A stretch of DNA of 64,000 bases from Candidatus Bathyarchaeota archaeon. Its GTDB lineage: Archaea > Thermoproteota > Bathyarchaeia > Bathyarchaeales > Bathycorpusculaceae. Within the stretch, counting starts at the first letter, position 1; each line of letters begins with the position of its first letter. Below are positions 1-11,048 of this stretch, one piece after another. Below the pieces are notes generated by a model, which was given only the letters and a program-made list of their open reading frames with translations, was not told the origin of the DNA and did not search any database. Both the position numbers and the translations under genes were made by a program. The DNA lies in NCBI GenBank assembly GCA_963775685.1, contig CAVZJV010000014.1, positions 1,952,001 through 2,016,000 of the forward strand. The letters run 5' to 3'.

Positions 1-71
1 TCGTCTTCGATGAAGGCGAAATTGTGGCTAAGGGCGGAAGCGGCTGGGTTGTTCGGAGAGGCAGCGGTTGA
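1..71 (+). CDS. 3' end of a gene entering the window (unidentified)
   Basis: Open frame VFDEGEIVAKGGSGWVVRRGSG* whose TGA overlaps the TTG start of the next gene (TTGA). Confidence 0.5.
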   Translation, partial: VFDEGEIVAKGGSGWVVRRGSG

Positions 72-541
72 AGTTTCTTGCGGATGCGATGCTTGGGAAA
101 CTGGCGCGTTGGCTGCGAATGTTGGGGCAAGATGTCTTGTACTCGGTGCAGTTTAAGGATTCTGAGCTTTTGGAGTTAGCAAAAAATGAAGACCGTGCTT
201 TGTTAACGAAGGATTTGGAGCTCTATAAACGCGCTATCAGCAAGGGCATGGACGCTTACTATGTTGAAGGCAAAACAGAATCGGAGCGGCTTGCGGAAGT
301 TGCCAAGCGGTATAATCTGCAGTTAATGATTGATATGGACAAGTCGCATTGCCCTCTATGCAACACCAAACTTCAAACCGCAACCAAAGAAGAACTCAAA
401 AACAAATTAAAAGAAAACACCTACACCTACTACGACAAATTCTGGAAATGCCCAAACTGCGGACAAATCTACTGGCAAGGAGCCCACTGGAAACAAATCA
501 CACAAACACTAACACAAGCACAACAAAAACTCGCCACCTAA
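68..541 (+). CDS. Mut7-C RNase domain (PIN-like) protein with Zn ribbon
   Basis: KFLADAMLGKLARWLR, LLTKD, CPLCN...CPNCGQIYWQGAHW. Confidence 0.9.
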   Translation: MKFLADAMLGKLARWLRMLGQDVLYSVQFKDSELLELAKNEDRALLTKDLELYKRAISKGMDAYYVEGKTESERLAEVAKRYNLQLMIDMDKSHCPLCNTKLQTATKEELKNKLKENTYTYYDKFWKCPNCGQIYWQGAHWKQITQTLTQAQQKLAT

Positions 542-584
542 CACATCCCCGTCGAACCTATCCCCCAACGGCTAAACAAGCTTA

Positions 585-902
585 CTATTTTTTCCAGATT
601 AGCTCCATGGGTTTTCCTTCAAACCATGTTTCAACTCGATTGACAAAGTCTGCAATATCTTTAACGCCGTAATCAACTGCTAATTCTACAACTGCATCGT
701 CTTTCTTTTTCTTCTGCATTTCTTCAAAGGGATATTCGCTGATCCTTTTGAAAGTCCTGACACCCCTCCGACCACTTCCAAAAATTGCTCCAGAATTTAT
801 ATGAGATAGCCATACCTCATCTGCATGTTTCTTCAGCAATAGGTTAGTATCTACTGTGAGGACGGTGTGTGATTTACCTCTGTAAGCTTGTGCGCCAAGC
901 AC
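585..902 (-). pseudogene. 5'-truncated fragment of a DUF7002-like protein
   Basis: Motifs LSHINSGA..RG..TF and VVELAVDYGV.DI recalled from this family; no continuing frame upstream. Confidence 0.45.
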
Positions 903-1098
903 GCTGTTCTGCTACGCTTTCCACGAACCTATTAGGATCCTAATATCAGTTCTATGCTGAAACCTATAGGGGGCGGGGGGAGGCGTGGTGGAATAGTGCG
1001 TTTTTGCAGTTGGGCGGTGCGGAAAAAACTTTGAGGCGGTGCATTAGTGTGTTGGATTCAGAAGGACGAAAATTTGGTTAAAAGAAAAGGTATGGCGT

Positions 1099-1341
1099 TT
1101 AAGAGAGCCATTTTAGGGGTATATCTTGGAAGGTTCCATCTGGCAGGGTTCTTCGTATGGTGATTGGCAAGATTCCTGCGTCAAGCTCGCAGAGTGCGAT
1201 GTCAATTGGGTTTGTGTTTTCTGCTGCATCTACCAAGATTGGTGCTCCCATCGAGATTTGAAGCGCACGGGCGCCAACTATTCTTGCTTTCTCGAAGCGA
1301 GTAATTTTTGGGGGACCTACAATGATTTTTTGTTCTGACAT
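1099..1341 (-). CDS. rpoK: DNA-directed RNA polymerase subunit K (Rpo6)
   Basis: [22 protein letters not shown] signature. Confidence 0.97.
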   Translation of the reverse strand: MSEQKIIVGPPKITRFEKARIVGARALQISMGAPILVDAAENTNPIDIALCELDAGILPITIRRTLPDGTFQDIPLKWLS

Positions 1342-3018
1342 TTACATCATTCCGCCTGGCATTCCACCCATACCTCCCATGCCCATGCCGCCGCCTGGCA
1401 TGCCTCCTCCTGGAGGCATTGGAGGTGTCTTCATTTTAGCTGTGGCTATGACGTCGTCTATTTTAAGAATCATCGTTGCGGCTTCGTTTGCGGATTTGAT
1501 GATTTGTTTTTTGACTGCGAGAGGTTCGTAGACGTTTATTTTTGTCATGTCTTCGACTTTGCCTGCGAGAACATTGATGCCTGCCCATGTTTCTCCTTTT
1601 TCGTGTCGTGTTCGTAACTCTAATAATATGTCGATTGGGTCTAAACCTGCGTTTTCCGCAAGTGTGTTAGCTATTGACTCAAGGGATTCTGCGAATATTG
1701 TGATCGCAAGTTGCTCTCTTCCTTTCACGGTTTGAGCGTACTTTTTAAGAACACTTGCCATTTCAAGTTCTGGAGCGCTTCCTCCAGCAACTACCCTAGG
1801 GTCTTCAATTAAATCTTTAACGACGCAAAGTGCATCATGTATAGAGCGTTCGGCTTCCGCGGTCATTCTTTGAGTCCCACCCCTAATCAGAAGTGTAACG
1901 GACTTGGGGTTCTTGCAGCCTTCAACATAAGTCATCTTGTCATCGCCTGTTCTGCGTTCTTCAACTAAAGCTGCAAAACCAAGGTCCGAAGCGGTGAGTG
2001 CGTCTAAGTTGCTGAGTATTTTCCCGCCTGTGGCTCTTGCAAGTTTTTCCATGTCTGACTTCTTGGCTCTTCTAATAGCGATGACTCCTTTTCGAGCAAG
2101 AAAATGCTGCACCATGTCGTCGATGCCTTTCTGGCAAATAACTACATTTGCGCCTGAAGCTACGACCTTATCCACCATAGCTTTAAGCATGGCTTCTTCT
2201 TGGTTCAGAAACGCTTCAATCTGCTCTGGACTTTCAATGCTAATTTTTGCGTCCATTTCTGGTTTTTCATTTTCAAGTGATAGATCAAGCAACGCAATTT
2301 TCGCATTCTCAATTCGCTTAGGCATCCCTGAGTGAACAATTTCTTTGTCTAAAACTACTCCGTTGATTAAGCTGGTGGCCGCCAAAGATTCACCAGTTTT
2401 CTTCTCAACTTTCACATCGTCAACATCGGCTTTGTAATCACCGTTTTGTTTTTCGGCAACTGCTAACATTGCTTTAACTGCTAAGTCAGCTAAGTAATCT
2501 TTGTATTCGGCGACTATTTTGCTACCCATGGCTGTTGCTGCCGCCTTCTTGAGGTAATCTGGCGATTTCAAGTCAATAGGGATGGCTATTTTCTCAAGAG
2601 TTTCCAGTGCTTTGTCAGCTGCTTTTCGGTAGCCATCAATTATGATTGTTGGATGAATATTTTTGTCGATTAACTCTTCAGCTCTACTTAGAAGCTCGCC
2701 TGCAATTATGACTGCAGATGTTGTGCCATCGCCTGCTTCTTTGTCCTGTGTTTTGGCGACTTCAACTAGCATCTTAGCCGCTGGATGTTGAACATCCATT
2801 TCGTCAAGGATAGTTCGGCCATCGCTTGTAATTGTTACGTCTCCGAAGCTGTCAACGAGCATTTTATCCATGCCTTTTGGACCAAGTGAGCTTCGAACAC
2901 TTTCTGCAACAACTTTTGCAGCCATGATATTGCTGTGTTGTGCTTCTCTTCCACGGGACCTTTTTGAACCTTCTCTCATAACCATAACAGGTACTCCGCC
3001 AGCTTGTGATGATGACAA
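1342..3018 (-). CDS. ths: Thermosome (group II chaperonin) subunit
   Basis: [21 protein letters not shown]-rich C-terminal tail. Confidence 0.98.
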   Translation of the reverse strand: MSSSQAGGVPVMVMREGSKRSRGREAQHSNIMAAKVVAESVRSSLGPKGMDKMLVDSFGDVTITSDGRTILDEMDVQHPAAKMLVEVAKTQDKEAGDGTTSAVIIAGELLSRAEELIDKNIHPTIIIDGYRKAADKALETLEKIAIPIDLKSPDYLKKAAATAMGSKIVAEYKDYLADLAVKAMLAVAEKQNGDYKADVDDVKVEKKTGESLAATSLINGVVLDKEIVHSGMPKRIENAKIALLDLSLENEKPEMDAKISIESPEQIEAFLNQEEAMLKAMVDKVVASGANVVICQKGIDDMVQHFLARKGVIAIRRAKKSDMEKLARATGGKILSNLDALTASDLGFAALVEERRTGDDKMTYVEGCKNPKSVTLLIRGGTQRMTAEAERSIHDALCVVKDLIEDPRVVAGGSAPELEMASVLKKYAQTVKGREQLAITIFAESLESIANTLAENAGLDPIDILLELRTRHEKGETWAGINVLAGKVEDMTKINVYEPLAVKKQIIKSANEAATMILKIDDVIATAKMKTPPMPPGGGMPGGGMGMGGMGGMPGGMM

Positions 3019-3170
3019 ATCAAATAACCTCCAATAATGCGAACAACAACAAAACGCTACTGTCCATATAAGTTTTTCTAGTCAAGGCATGATGAACAAA
3101 GCCACGAGGTAACAACTTTTGCATCATTAACCATTTTTTTAGGCTATTTGGTGTTTCATTTTTGCCAGAG

Positions 3171-3674
3171 CTAATAAACTGAAACTTTAGCTACTCCAGA
3201 AATCTTTAGCAGTTCTGGGATGAGTTCGCCAGGGATTTTTTTCTCCACGATCAGTGTAAGTTTAGGTTCGGGGGAGAGTTCCGGGTCATCCACGATTGCT
3301 TGTCGTACGCTTAAACCTGCCTTGTTGAGAAGCATGGCGGCATTAGAGAGGATTCCCGGTGACCTCGCGTTTATCGGGGTTATTTCTAAGACGCCCAGGT
3401 TGAGATGTTTGGCGATTTCTTTTAGGGAGTGTCCTGCGGGGCGGATTTCTTCAAAAATCATGCATAGTTCGGGGTTTTCTTTGATGGTTTTTAAGGTTTC
3501 GTTGACTGTTCGTCTGTCGACGCCTGCGACTCTGGCTATACGTACGGGTGGGATTTCAATTTGGTTTAGGTATATTTTGTCGTCCTTGGCGGATAGGCCG
3601 TTTTCTATGAGGACGCGTGCTACTTTTAGGCGTTCGGGGTATTGTTCGAGTTGGGTTTTGATTTTGTTCCACAT
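3171..3674 (-). CDS. trpY: TrpY-type tryptophan-responsive regulator (HTH + ACT)
   Basis: MWNKIK...IARVAGVDRRTV...GLSVRQAIVDDPEL; divergent from trpB2; start reassigned to the ATG at 3674. Confidence 0.85.
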   Translation of the reverse strand: MWNKIKTQLEQYPERLKVARVLIENGLSAKDDKIYLNQIEIPPVRIARVAGVDRRTVNETLKTIKENPELCMIFEEIRPAGHSLKEIAKHLNLGVLEITPINARSPGILSNAAMLLNKAGLSVRQAIVDDPELSPEPKLTLIVEKKIPGELIPELLKISGVAKVSVY

Positions 3675-3687
3675 TTTAGGTCGCTTG

Positions 3688-3746
3688 TGTGTATTTCTGT
3701 TCATTTGAGTATAAATGTGTTGTTCATAAGTGCACATAAATGTACA
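3688..3746. promoter_or_regulatory. TRP-box (TGTACA-like) operator array
   Basis: Hexamers tgtgta(3688), tgttca(3698), agtata(3708) and tgttca(3721), tgcaca(3731), tgtaca(3741), each triplet on a 10-bp period, between trpY and trpB2. Confidence 0.75.
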
Positions 3747-3805
3747 CAAAAGCCTTAAATAAAACTTTAAAGTTGGGTTTAAAACCCAAGATAGAAGGCG
3801 AAAAA

Positions 3806-5218
3806 ATGCCGGACAGAAAAATCCTACTGAAAGAAAACGACATACCCAAACAGTGGTATAACATCGTGCCCGACCTGCCCCATCCGATTCCACCATTCAT
3901 TGATGTGGAAACAAAACAGCCAGGCGTCGGCATAGTCCCACGAATTTTCCCTAAAGAAATCATCGGCCAAGAAATTAGCCAAGAAAGATGGATAAACATC
4001 CCCGATGAAGTGCGGGAAGTCTACAAAATCTGGAGACCAACCCCGCTTTTCAGAGCACTAGGCTTAGAAAAAGCTCTCAAAACACCCGCAAAAATCTACT
4101 ACAAGTACGAAGGCGTCAGCCCGGCAGGAAGCCACAAACCCAACACCGCTGTGCCTCAAGCATTCTACAACATGAAAGAAGGCACCAAACGCCTATCCAC
4201 AGAAACAGGCGCAGGCCAATGGGGCTCCGCACTCGCGTTTGCAGCCAACATGTTTGGTCTTAAAGCCACAGTTTACATGGTCCGCGCAAGCTACGATCAA
4301 AAACCATACCGCAGAATGATGATGAACGCTTTCGGCGCCGAATGCATCGCCAGCCCAAGCAACCGAACTGAAGCAGGAAAAAAGATCCTCGCCGAAGACC
4401 CAAACAACAAGGGCAGCTTAGGTATAGCCATCAGCGAAGCCGTCGAGGACGCACTCGTTAACGAAGTTGAAACCAACTATGCAATCGGCAGCGTCTTCAA
4501 CCATGTGTGCTTACACCAAACCGTTGAAGGCTTAGAAGCCAAAAAACAACTCGAAATGGTAGACGACTACCCCGACGTAATTTACGGTTGCATCGGAGGC
4601 GGTAGCAGTTACTCAGGAATAATGTGGCCCTTCTACTATGACCAAGTCGCAAAGAAGGCACCTAAAGAAACGAAGTTCATAGCCACAGAAGCCACAGCGT
4701 GCCCAAAAGTAACCAAAGGAATTTACCAATACGACCACGGCGACACGGCAAAAATCACCCCACTGGTCCCCATGCACACCTTAGGACATGACTTTATACC
4801 TGCGCCAATCCACGCAGGCGGACTCCGCTACCACGGCATAGCCCCAACCATCAGCGTACTCGTCCAAGAGAAGAAGATGACAACCGAAGCCTACAGCCAA
4901 ATAGAGGTCTTCGACGCCGCCAAACTGTTCCTACAAACCGAAGGCATCATCCCAGCACCCGAACCCTCACACGCAATCAAAGGCGCCATAGACGAAGCAC
5001 TCAGATGCAAACAAACCGGCGAAGCAAAAACCATCCTGTTTGTGCTTTGCGGTCACGGCTTCTTTGACATGGCAGCCTACGACGAATACTTCAGCGGCAG
5101 GCTCCAACCCTACGAGTACCCAACAGAGAAAGTCGCCGAGTCAATGGATAAACTACACAGACTCTATCCATGGCTAAACGAAGTCAACAAAAAATACATC
5201 AGCTGCGAAACATACTAA
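3806..5218 (+). CDS. trpB2: TrpB2-type tryptophan synthase beta chain
   Basis: [16 protein letters not shown] (PLP Lys), [19 protein letters not shown]; likely start MPDRK at 3806. Confidence 0.95.
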   Translation: MPDRKILLKENDIPKQWYNIVPDLPHPIPPFIDVETKQPGVGIVPRIFPKEIIGQEISQERWINIPDEVREVYKIWRPTPLFRALGLEKALKTPAKIYYKYEGVSPAGSHKPNTAVPQAFYNMKEGTKRLSTETGAGQWGSALAFAANMFGLKATVYMVRASYDQKPYRRMMMNAFGAECIASPSNRTEAGKKILAEDPNNKGSLGIAISEAVEDALVNEVETNYAIGSVFNHVCLHQTVEGLEAKKQLEMVDDYPDVIYGCIGGGSSYSGIMWPFYYDQVAKKAPKETKFIATEATACPKVTKGIYQYDHGDTAKITPLVPMHTLGHDFIPAPIHAGGLRYHGIAPTISVLVQEKKMTTEAYSQIEVFDAAKLFLQTEGIIPAPEPSHAIKGAIDEALRCKQTGEAKTILFVLCGHGFFDMAAYDEYFSGRLQPYEYPTEKVAESMDKLHRLYPWLNEVNKKYISCETY

Positions 5219-5278
5219 ACTTCGCAGATTAGCTTCTTTTTTATTCTTCTTTTTATTAATCTTCAAACACTATTACGT

Positions 5279-6428
5279 ATGGTTACTCATTTGACCGCCC
5301 CATCTAATGCACTTCCAACAAAAATCATTGGATTTATTGTTAACCCAGTTGCAGGTATGGGTGGAGCCGTTGGATTAAAAGGCACAGACGGAAAAGCAAT
5401 CCTGAACCAAGCTCTCGCGTTAGGTGCTAAACCCATGGCGACTGAGCGGGCAGAAACCTTCCTCACCCAACTAAGCCAAGCCAAAGAAAAACTAAAATTG
5501 ATTGTTGGCGCAGGGAGCATGGGCGAGATGCAGGCTGAAAAATGCGGTTTCAACTTCAAGGTTTTTGGCGAGAATAAGAAGGATACAACTTCAGAAGATA
5601 CCCAACGCATTGCCCAAAGCATTGTTGAGGCAGGGGTGGAGTTGCTAATTTTCTGTGGCGGAGACGGAACAACCACGAGATATCCTCAATGCTGTTGATA
5701 TGAGGGTCCCCGTTCTTGGCGTTCCCACAGGTGTTAAGATGCACAGTGCCATATTCGCTATTAGCCCTCAAGCCGCTGCCCGGGTAGCTATTGGATTTTT
5801 GTGGGGTGGTTTGTCCCTTCGGGAAGCGGAGGTTATGGATGTGGATGAACAGGCGTTTAGGCAGGGGCATGTGTCGGCTGAGCTCTATGGATACCTGCTT
5901 AGTCCCTTTGAGCCGCATCTTATTCAGGGCAACAAGATGGCAAGCCCTATGACTGAAGACGAAGTGGAAAATCAAGCCGCCATTGCCATCTACATAATCG
6001 AAGAAATGAGGCCAGATATACTCTACATTGTTGGTCCAGGAACGACCACACGAACAATCGGCGACCTCTTGGACCAGAAAAAAACGCTCCTTGGCGTAGA
6101 CCTCTTCCAGAACAAAAAAATTGTTGCCAAAGACATAAGCGAAAAACAAATCCTCCAAGCCATAGAAAGAAAAGCTGCAAGGATTATTGTGACACCTATT
6201 GGAGGACAAGGCTTCATTTTTGGTCGGGGCAACCAGCAAATAAGCAGCAAAGTCATCCGTCAAATTGGTTTAGATAACATTGTTGTAATTGCAACTAAAA
6301 GCAAGCTGGATAGACTTAGTAGTTTGAGAGTTGACACCGGCGACGTTGAACTTGACGATGAGTTTAAGGCACATGGCATCAGAGTTGTGACTGATTACAA
6401 AAACACAAAAGAAATCCCTATAGAATAG
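5279..6428 (+). pseudogene. ATP-NAD/AcoX-family kinase, frameshifted near 5675
   Basis: VNPVAGMGG.VGLKGTDG and GGDGT in the first frame; RDIL..GVPTGVKMHS and GRGNQQ in the second frame. Confidence 0.8.
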
Positions 6429-6432
6429 GTGG

Positions 6433-6819
6433 CTATTTCCACTCCCAGATTTTGCCTTTCCAGTTTCCTGTCTCGTCGGTCTCGTATTCATGTACCGCAA
6501 CTACTTTGATAAGGCGAATTAGTTTCGGTGATTCTGTTGTTTGGATTGATGCAGCTCTGGTTACGCCGCCTTTTTCTGACTGCCAGCTAACTGCGTTCCC
6601 CTTCATCATCACTGCACTGCCATCCATGGTTGTGATTAAACTGTTAACTTCGCCCATGAAGGTGCCGTTTGCCACTTTTACTGTTGCTGTAGACATGATG
6701 AATGCGTCCATGCCTAAAAGCTTGCCCAGTCCTTGATTGGATGTTTCAATATTTCCATCGGAAAGCACTCTGGTCACAGTGTTTTTTCCTGTGAATTCGC
6801 CGATTAATTCTCCTAACAT
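6433..6819 (-). CDS. Hypothetical protein (beta-rich)
   Basis: 128-aa ORF with GAGGT SD; ends KIWEWK. Confidence 0.75.
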   Translation of the reverse strand: MLGELIGEFTGKNTVTRVLSDGNIETSNQGLGKLLGMDAFIMSTATVKVANGTFMGEVNSLITTMDGSAVMMKGNAVSWQSEKGGVTRAASIQTTESPKLIRLIKVVAVHEYETDETGNWKGKIWEWK

Positions 6820-6953
6820 CAGATTTACCTCTGAAAAGCAAATAGTGAACGAGTTTTAATTAGCCTATGTGACTGTTCACAAGAAGCCACAACAGGAATA
6901 ATTTTGAGTAAATTAAAATTACTCAATACACTTTATCTTAACGGCGTGAGATC

Positions 6954-8057
6954 GTGATTTACATTAACTTGCCCAAAATCGGAGAAGAAGAAATCCAAGC
7001 CGTAACAAAAGTTATGAGAAGCGGTATGTTGACAAGCGGACTTGGAATGGGTCCTGCCGTAACAGAGTTCGAAGAAGGGTTTGCTAAAATGGCCGGCGCT
7101 AAGTACGCCGTTGCTGTTAACACTGGAACTGCTTCATTGCATGCTGCTGTAATGGCTGTTGGAGTTAAGCAGGGAGACGAGGTTATTTTGCCAAGTTTCA
7201 CTTTTGTAGCCACTGCTGAAGCCGTCGCTTTGGCTGGAGCAAAACCGGTTTTTGCTGATATTGATCCAAAAACTTACAATTTAGCGCCCTTAGCGGTTGA
7301 AAAAGCGTTGTCCAAAAAAACCAAAGCAATTTTGCCGGTTGATTTATATGGTTTTTCCGCCGACATGAAACCGCTGCGAGAAATTGCTGACAAAAATGGT
7401 TTGGGTTTGGTGGAAGATGCAGCTCAGGCTCACGGAACAACCTATGGGGGAAAGCCTGCGGGAGCCTTTGCAGATGCTGCTTGCTGGAGCATGTATGCGA
7501 GCAAGAACATAATGACGGGTGAAGGTGGTGTCGTAACGACTAATAACGACCAAATCGCAGAAACCCTCCGCATGATTAGAACACATGGCGAAAAAGCTAA
7601 GTACTCTTCGCTGATTCTTGGGACCAATTACCGAATGTCTGAGATGCAAGCCGCAATAGGCAAAGTGCAACTGGAGAGGTTAACTGATTTTGTGGCTAAA
7701 CGACGCCAAAACGCCCAGCACCTAACTAAGCTTTTGGAGAAAAACGACAAACTTGTGTTGCCCTACGAAACAAAAGACCGCCAACACAGCTGGTATCTCT
7801 ACACTGCACGCCTAAAAGAAGGCACAGAAACCCAACGCAACAATCTTCTGCAGAAACTCAAAAACCAAGGCATCGGAGCTGAAGCCTATTATACAAATCC
7901 GGTTCATCAGATGCCTTTCTACCGAGAAAACTTTGGAAGCGCCAAACTCCCAGAAACTGAGCAAGCGTCAAAGCAAGTGTTCTCTTTGCCTATTCATCCA
8001 GGAGTCACCGAGGAACAGATAGATTTCATTGGCAAGAGTGTGCGCAGCCTTCTCTAA
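6954..8057 (+). CDS. DegT/DnrJ/EryC1/StrS nucleotide-sugar aminotransferase
   Basis: TFVATAEA, EDAAQAHG, SKNIMTGEGG, NYRMSE. Confidence 0.95.
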   Translation: MIYINLPKIGEEEIQAVTKVMRSGMLTSGLGMGPAVTEFEEGFAKMAGAKYAVAVNTGTASLHAAVMAVGVKQGDEVILPSFTFVATAEAVALAGAKPVFADIDPKTYNLAPLAVEKALSKKTKAILPVDLYGFSADMKPLREIADKNGLGLVEDAAQAHGTTYGGKPAGAFADAACWSMYASKNIMTGEGGVVTTNNDQIAETLRMIRTHGEKAKYSSLILGTNYRMSEMQAAIGKVQLERLTDFVAKRRQNAQHLTKLLEKNDKLVLPYETKDRQHSWYLYTARLKEGTETQRNNLLQKLKNQGIGAEAYYTNPVHQMPFYRENFGSAKLPETEQASKQVFSLPIHPGVTEEQIDFIGKSVRSLL

Positions 8058-8122
8058 TTGTTTTGATTTTGTCGGGTAAATGTAAGAGTTAAATTCCCCT
8101 TTCACATACTATAACATCGGAT

Positions 8123-8548
8123 TTGCAAGAATTACTGGTTTTATTCAAGAGGTATGAATATTTGAGTAATGACGAAGGCGTTTCCCGAATAAAGATCAAA
8201 TTTATAGTGGAAGGACTAGGTGAAGCTGAAGGCGAACTCGTTAGGTTCCTTGCGCCAAGAACAATAGACACGATAGTCCGCAAGCTTCCTCTTGAGGGTC
8301 GAGCCGCCATCTGGAAAGAAGAAGTTTACTTTGAAGTACCACTAAAGATGGGCGAGGAAAAAGCCAAGCCAAATGTAGAGGAGGGCACCATTGCTTTTTG
8401 GCCCATGGGCAGCGCCCTATGCGTATTCTACGGCAAATCTCAACCCTACAGCCCGGTTAGCATACTGGGAAAAATAACAAGCAACTTAGACATCTTTAAG
8501 CATGTTAAAAGCGGAATAACCCTCAAAGTTCAGTTGCTAACTGCCTAA
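8123..8548 (+). CDS. Cyclophilin-like fold protein
   Basis: APRT...LP...WKEEVYF, GTIAFWP.G.ALCVFYG; true start may be about 8160. Confidence 0.8.
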   Translation: MQELLVLFKRYEYLSNDEGVSRIKIKFIVEGLGEAEGELVRFLAPRTIDTIVRKLPLEGRAAIWKEEVYFEVPLKMGEEKAKPNVEEGTIAFWPMGSALCVFYGKSQPYSPVSILGKITSNLDIFKHVKSGITLKVQLLTA

Positions 8549-9036
8549 TTAAATGCAAGTGAGCTATCTTTCCACATTTCAAGAAGCCGCTCACACTCTT
8601 GTTTCACAACTTTATCATCAGTTTTATCTCTGAGCGTCTCTAAAAACTCAATGCGTTTTGCAACTGAACGTTTTTCTGCGTTCCCCCCGTAGTATAGCTT
8701 GCCTTCCAGGTACTCTTTCATATGGTGAGCTTTTTGGATAAACAGGCTGGCGGCATCTACATGATTCTGTACGGCGAATTTGCCTGCCCAGATGGCGACT
8801 TCCGATTCGCGCAACTGGGTTATTCCGTCAATTTCCACAATTTTTCGAATGTACGATTGTAAGAAGTCATAATATCCTGCGGTTTTGACTATTTCAAGGG
8901 CCTGGTTGACCTGTTTCTTAAAATCAAATGATCCTTCGACAGTTAATTCATGTTTGTAGCCTTGGTCAACTAGCGCTTTAGCACTTTTTACTTCTTCGGT
9001 AGTATAAACCCTGTCTGGAAAATTCATAAAAAACAC
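8545..9036 (-). CDS. Conserved hypothetical protein
   Basis: 163-aa ORF with coding-like composition. Confidence 0.75.
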   Translation of the reverse strand: MFFMNFPDRVYTTEEVKSAKALVDQGYKHELTVEGSFDFKKQVNQALEIVKTAGYYDFLQSYIRKIVEIDGITQLRESEVAIWAGKFAVQNHVDAASLFIQKAHHMKEYLEGKLYYGGNAEKRSVAKRIEFLETLRDKTDDKVVKQECERLLEMWKDSSLAFN

Positions 9037-9084
9037 ACTCCCATATGGAGAAAATACTTTTTAAATAAAGGTAAACTTGTGCAG

Positions 9085-9417
9085 TTATGCTGCAGGCTTG
9101 TAGATTTTGATGTTATGGCTTCCGGAGACGAGTTGTACTGAACCGTTTGCTTCTAGCTGTTCGAGGAAGTCTTTGGCTGCACTTACTCTTATTCCAAAGC
9201 GAGTTGAAATAGCGTATGGCGTTAGCACATTCATCTTTTTGACTTCGCCAACAATTTTTGCGTCTTTTATGTCTGGAACCATTATACCGATGGTCGTTTT
9301 TCTTTGCGGCGGTCCAGTAGCTTTGTCTTTCTTTTTTGCATCTTTCGATTTATCGTCATCTGTCTTAACTTGTTGCTTCTCCATCTGCTTAATGCCGAGC
9401 TTCTTTTTTCCACCCAT
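9085..9417 (-). CDS. rps25e: 30S ribosomal protein S25e
   Basis: MGGKKK basic N-terminus, LTPYAISTRFGIRVSAAK winged helix. Confidence 0.9.
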   Translation of the reverse strand: MGGKKKLGIKQMEKQQVKTDDDKSKDAKKKDKATGPPQRKTTIGIMVPDIKDAKIVGEVKKMNVLTPYAISTRFGIRVSAAKDFLEQLEANGSVQLVSGSHNIKIYKPAA

Positions 9418-9453
9418 ATTTATCACCTTGAGGAACTAATAATTCTCAACATC

Positions 9454-10995
9454 TTAGATTGGTTGGCTTATTTCAACCTTATGTTTCGCTTTCCATTCTT
9501 CGATTGGAATCCCAAGTTTCTTTTCCACTTCCGCGCGGTGTATGGAGTTCATTGTGCAGAATGGTATAATGCGTCCATCTGGGACGGCGTAATGGATGAC
9601 GCAGCGTTGTACTCTTTCAAGGTCAAAGTTGTATGGGTCCATGAAGTGCATTGAAGAGACCATGAGTGCGCTTCTTGCGAAGTCTCCAAGCGAGCTGTAG
9701 TCACCGTCCATAAGCACTTTTAGGACGTATTTTCGCAGGAAAGAGAATTTAATGTGGCGTGCAGAGCCGACGAGTCGAAGTTTAGCTTTGCTCTTGCTAC
9801 CTTTTGCAGCATCTGCGTAAACTTTGTTGAGTGTTCCTACGAATTTTTCAATGTTACCATAGCGAGTTATTGGTGTTATTTGACCATTTTCGATGAAGAG
9901 AAATGTTGCCATGCCGCAATGAGGGTGCGCTGTGAATTCTACGTATCGTTTTTCTTTTATTTCGCCGACAGCTTTAGAGACAGGAACGACGACTGGAACA
10001 GGGTAGAAGTCGCTGACTTTTATATCACCTTTGGTTTGTTCTTCAACAAGGTTCATGAAGTCGGGGATGGTGATGCGCATTTTTTCTCTTTCTTGTTGTG
10101 GCAGTCTGCCGCAGAGGGATACGGGCTGCACATTAACGCATCGGATAAGATCGAAGTTTTTGGCTGCAAACTTTATGATATCGCCTAACTGTTGGTCGTT
10201 AACTCCTTTAACCAAGGTAACTACTAAGACGATGCTATCATATCCGGCTTTGCGCAGGTTTTCGAGGGCTTTCATCTTGATTTCAAGCAGATCTAAGCCT
10301 CGTATGAATTTGTAGACTTCAGGGGTTAACCCGTCAAACTGCAAGTAAATTGTGCTGACGCCCGCTGCCTTCAATTTTTTGGCGTATTCAGGGTCCTGTG
10401 CAATTCGAACGCCGTTGGTATTGACTTCAACATGTTTGAAACCAATTTCTTTTGCTTTTTTGATGAAATCAAAGAGTTCGTTGCGTATGGTCGGTTCACC
10501 GCCAGAGAACTGCAATGCTGTTGCGGGAACAGGTTTGTTGTTACGAAGGTTCTCAAGCATACCTGTAATCTGTTCTGCTGTAGGTTCGTAAACATATCCC
10601 GCTGAGGAGGCGTTGGCGAAGCAAACAGGGCACTTCAAGTTGCAACGGTTAGTGATATCGATGATTGCAAGTGCAGTGTGGGATTTATGTTCAGGGCAGA
10701 TGCCGCAATCATAAGGGCAACCGTGCTTTTTCTCTGTACGTGGGTTTTCAATGCCTTCTCCCTCAAAGCGGAACTTTTCGGCTCGTAGGTATTGGGCGTA
10801 GTCTGACCAGTAGAGTTCGTTATAATACCCGTGCTCAGGGCATGTTTTTTTTATGAAAACTTTTCCTTCGTCTTCATAGATGGTTGCATCTAGAGCCTTG
10901 AGACATTCAGGACAAATACTTCGGGTAGATTTGATATCTTTCAACTTTTTAGCCTTCTTGCATGTAAGTATTGATTTCGAAGTGCTTAAAAACAA
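9454..10995 (-). CDS. tes: Tetraether lipid synthase (GDGT-MAS/Tes, MJ0619 family radical SAM)
   Basis: CPEC..CPEHG rubredoxin-like site, CPYDCGICPEH, CNLKCPVC, HPHCG, CVIHY..PDGRIIPFC; start may be the TTG at 10944. Confidence 0.9.
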   Translation of the reverse strand: MFLSTSKSILTCKKAKKLKDIKSTRSICPECLKALDATIYEDEGKVFIKKTCPEHGYYNELYWSDYAQYLRAEKFRFEGEGIENPRTEKKHGCPYDCGICPEHKSHTALAIIDITNRCNLKCPVCFANASSAGYVYEPTAEQITGMLENLRNNKPVPATALQFSGGEPTIRNELFDFIKKAKEIGFKHVEVNTNGVRIAQDPEYAKKLKAAGVSTIYLQFDGLTPEVYKFIRGLDLLEIKMKALENLRKAGYDSIVLVVTLVKGVNDQQLGDIIKFAAKNFDLIRCVNVQPVSLCGRLPQQEREKMRITIPDFMNLVEEQTKGDIKVSDFYPVPVVVPVSKAVGEIKEKRYVEFTAHPHCGMATFLFIENGQITPITRYGNIEKFVGTLNKVYADAAKGSKSKAKLRLVGSARHIKFSFLRKYVLKVLMDGDYSSLGDFARSALMVSSMHFMDPYNFDLERVQRCVIHYAVPDGRIIPFCTMNSIHRAEVEKKLGIPIEEWKAKHKVEISQPI

Positions 10996-11048
10996 AGGTA
11001 GTCATAATAAGGTTTCCAGAGCTTTCCTAAGGTGATAGAGGGGAAAGT

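Noticed and set aside
1345-1425. GGC/ATG-rich repeats
   Set aside because: Normal GGM tail of the thermosome
5556-6263. Long antisense ORFs (this one and many others in the track)
   Set aside because: Shadows of well-supported genes on the opposite strand, with no motifs of their own
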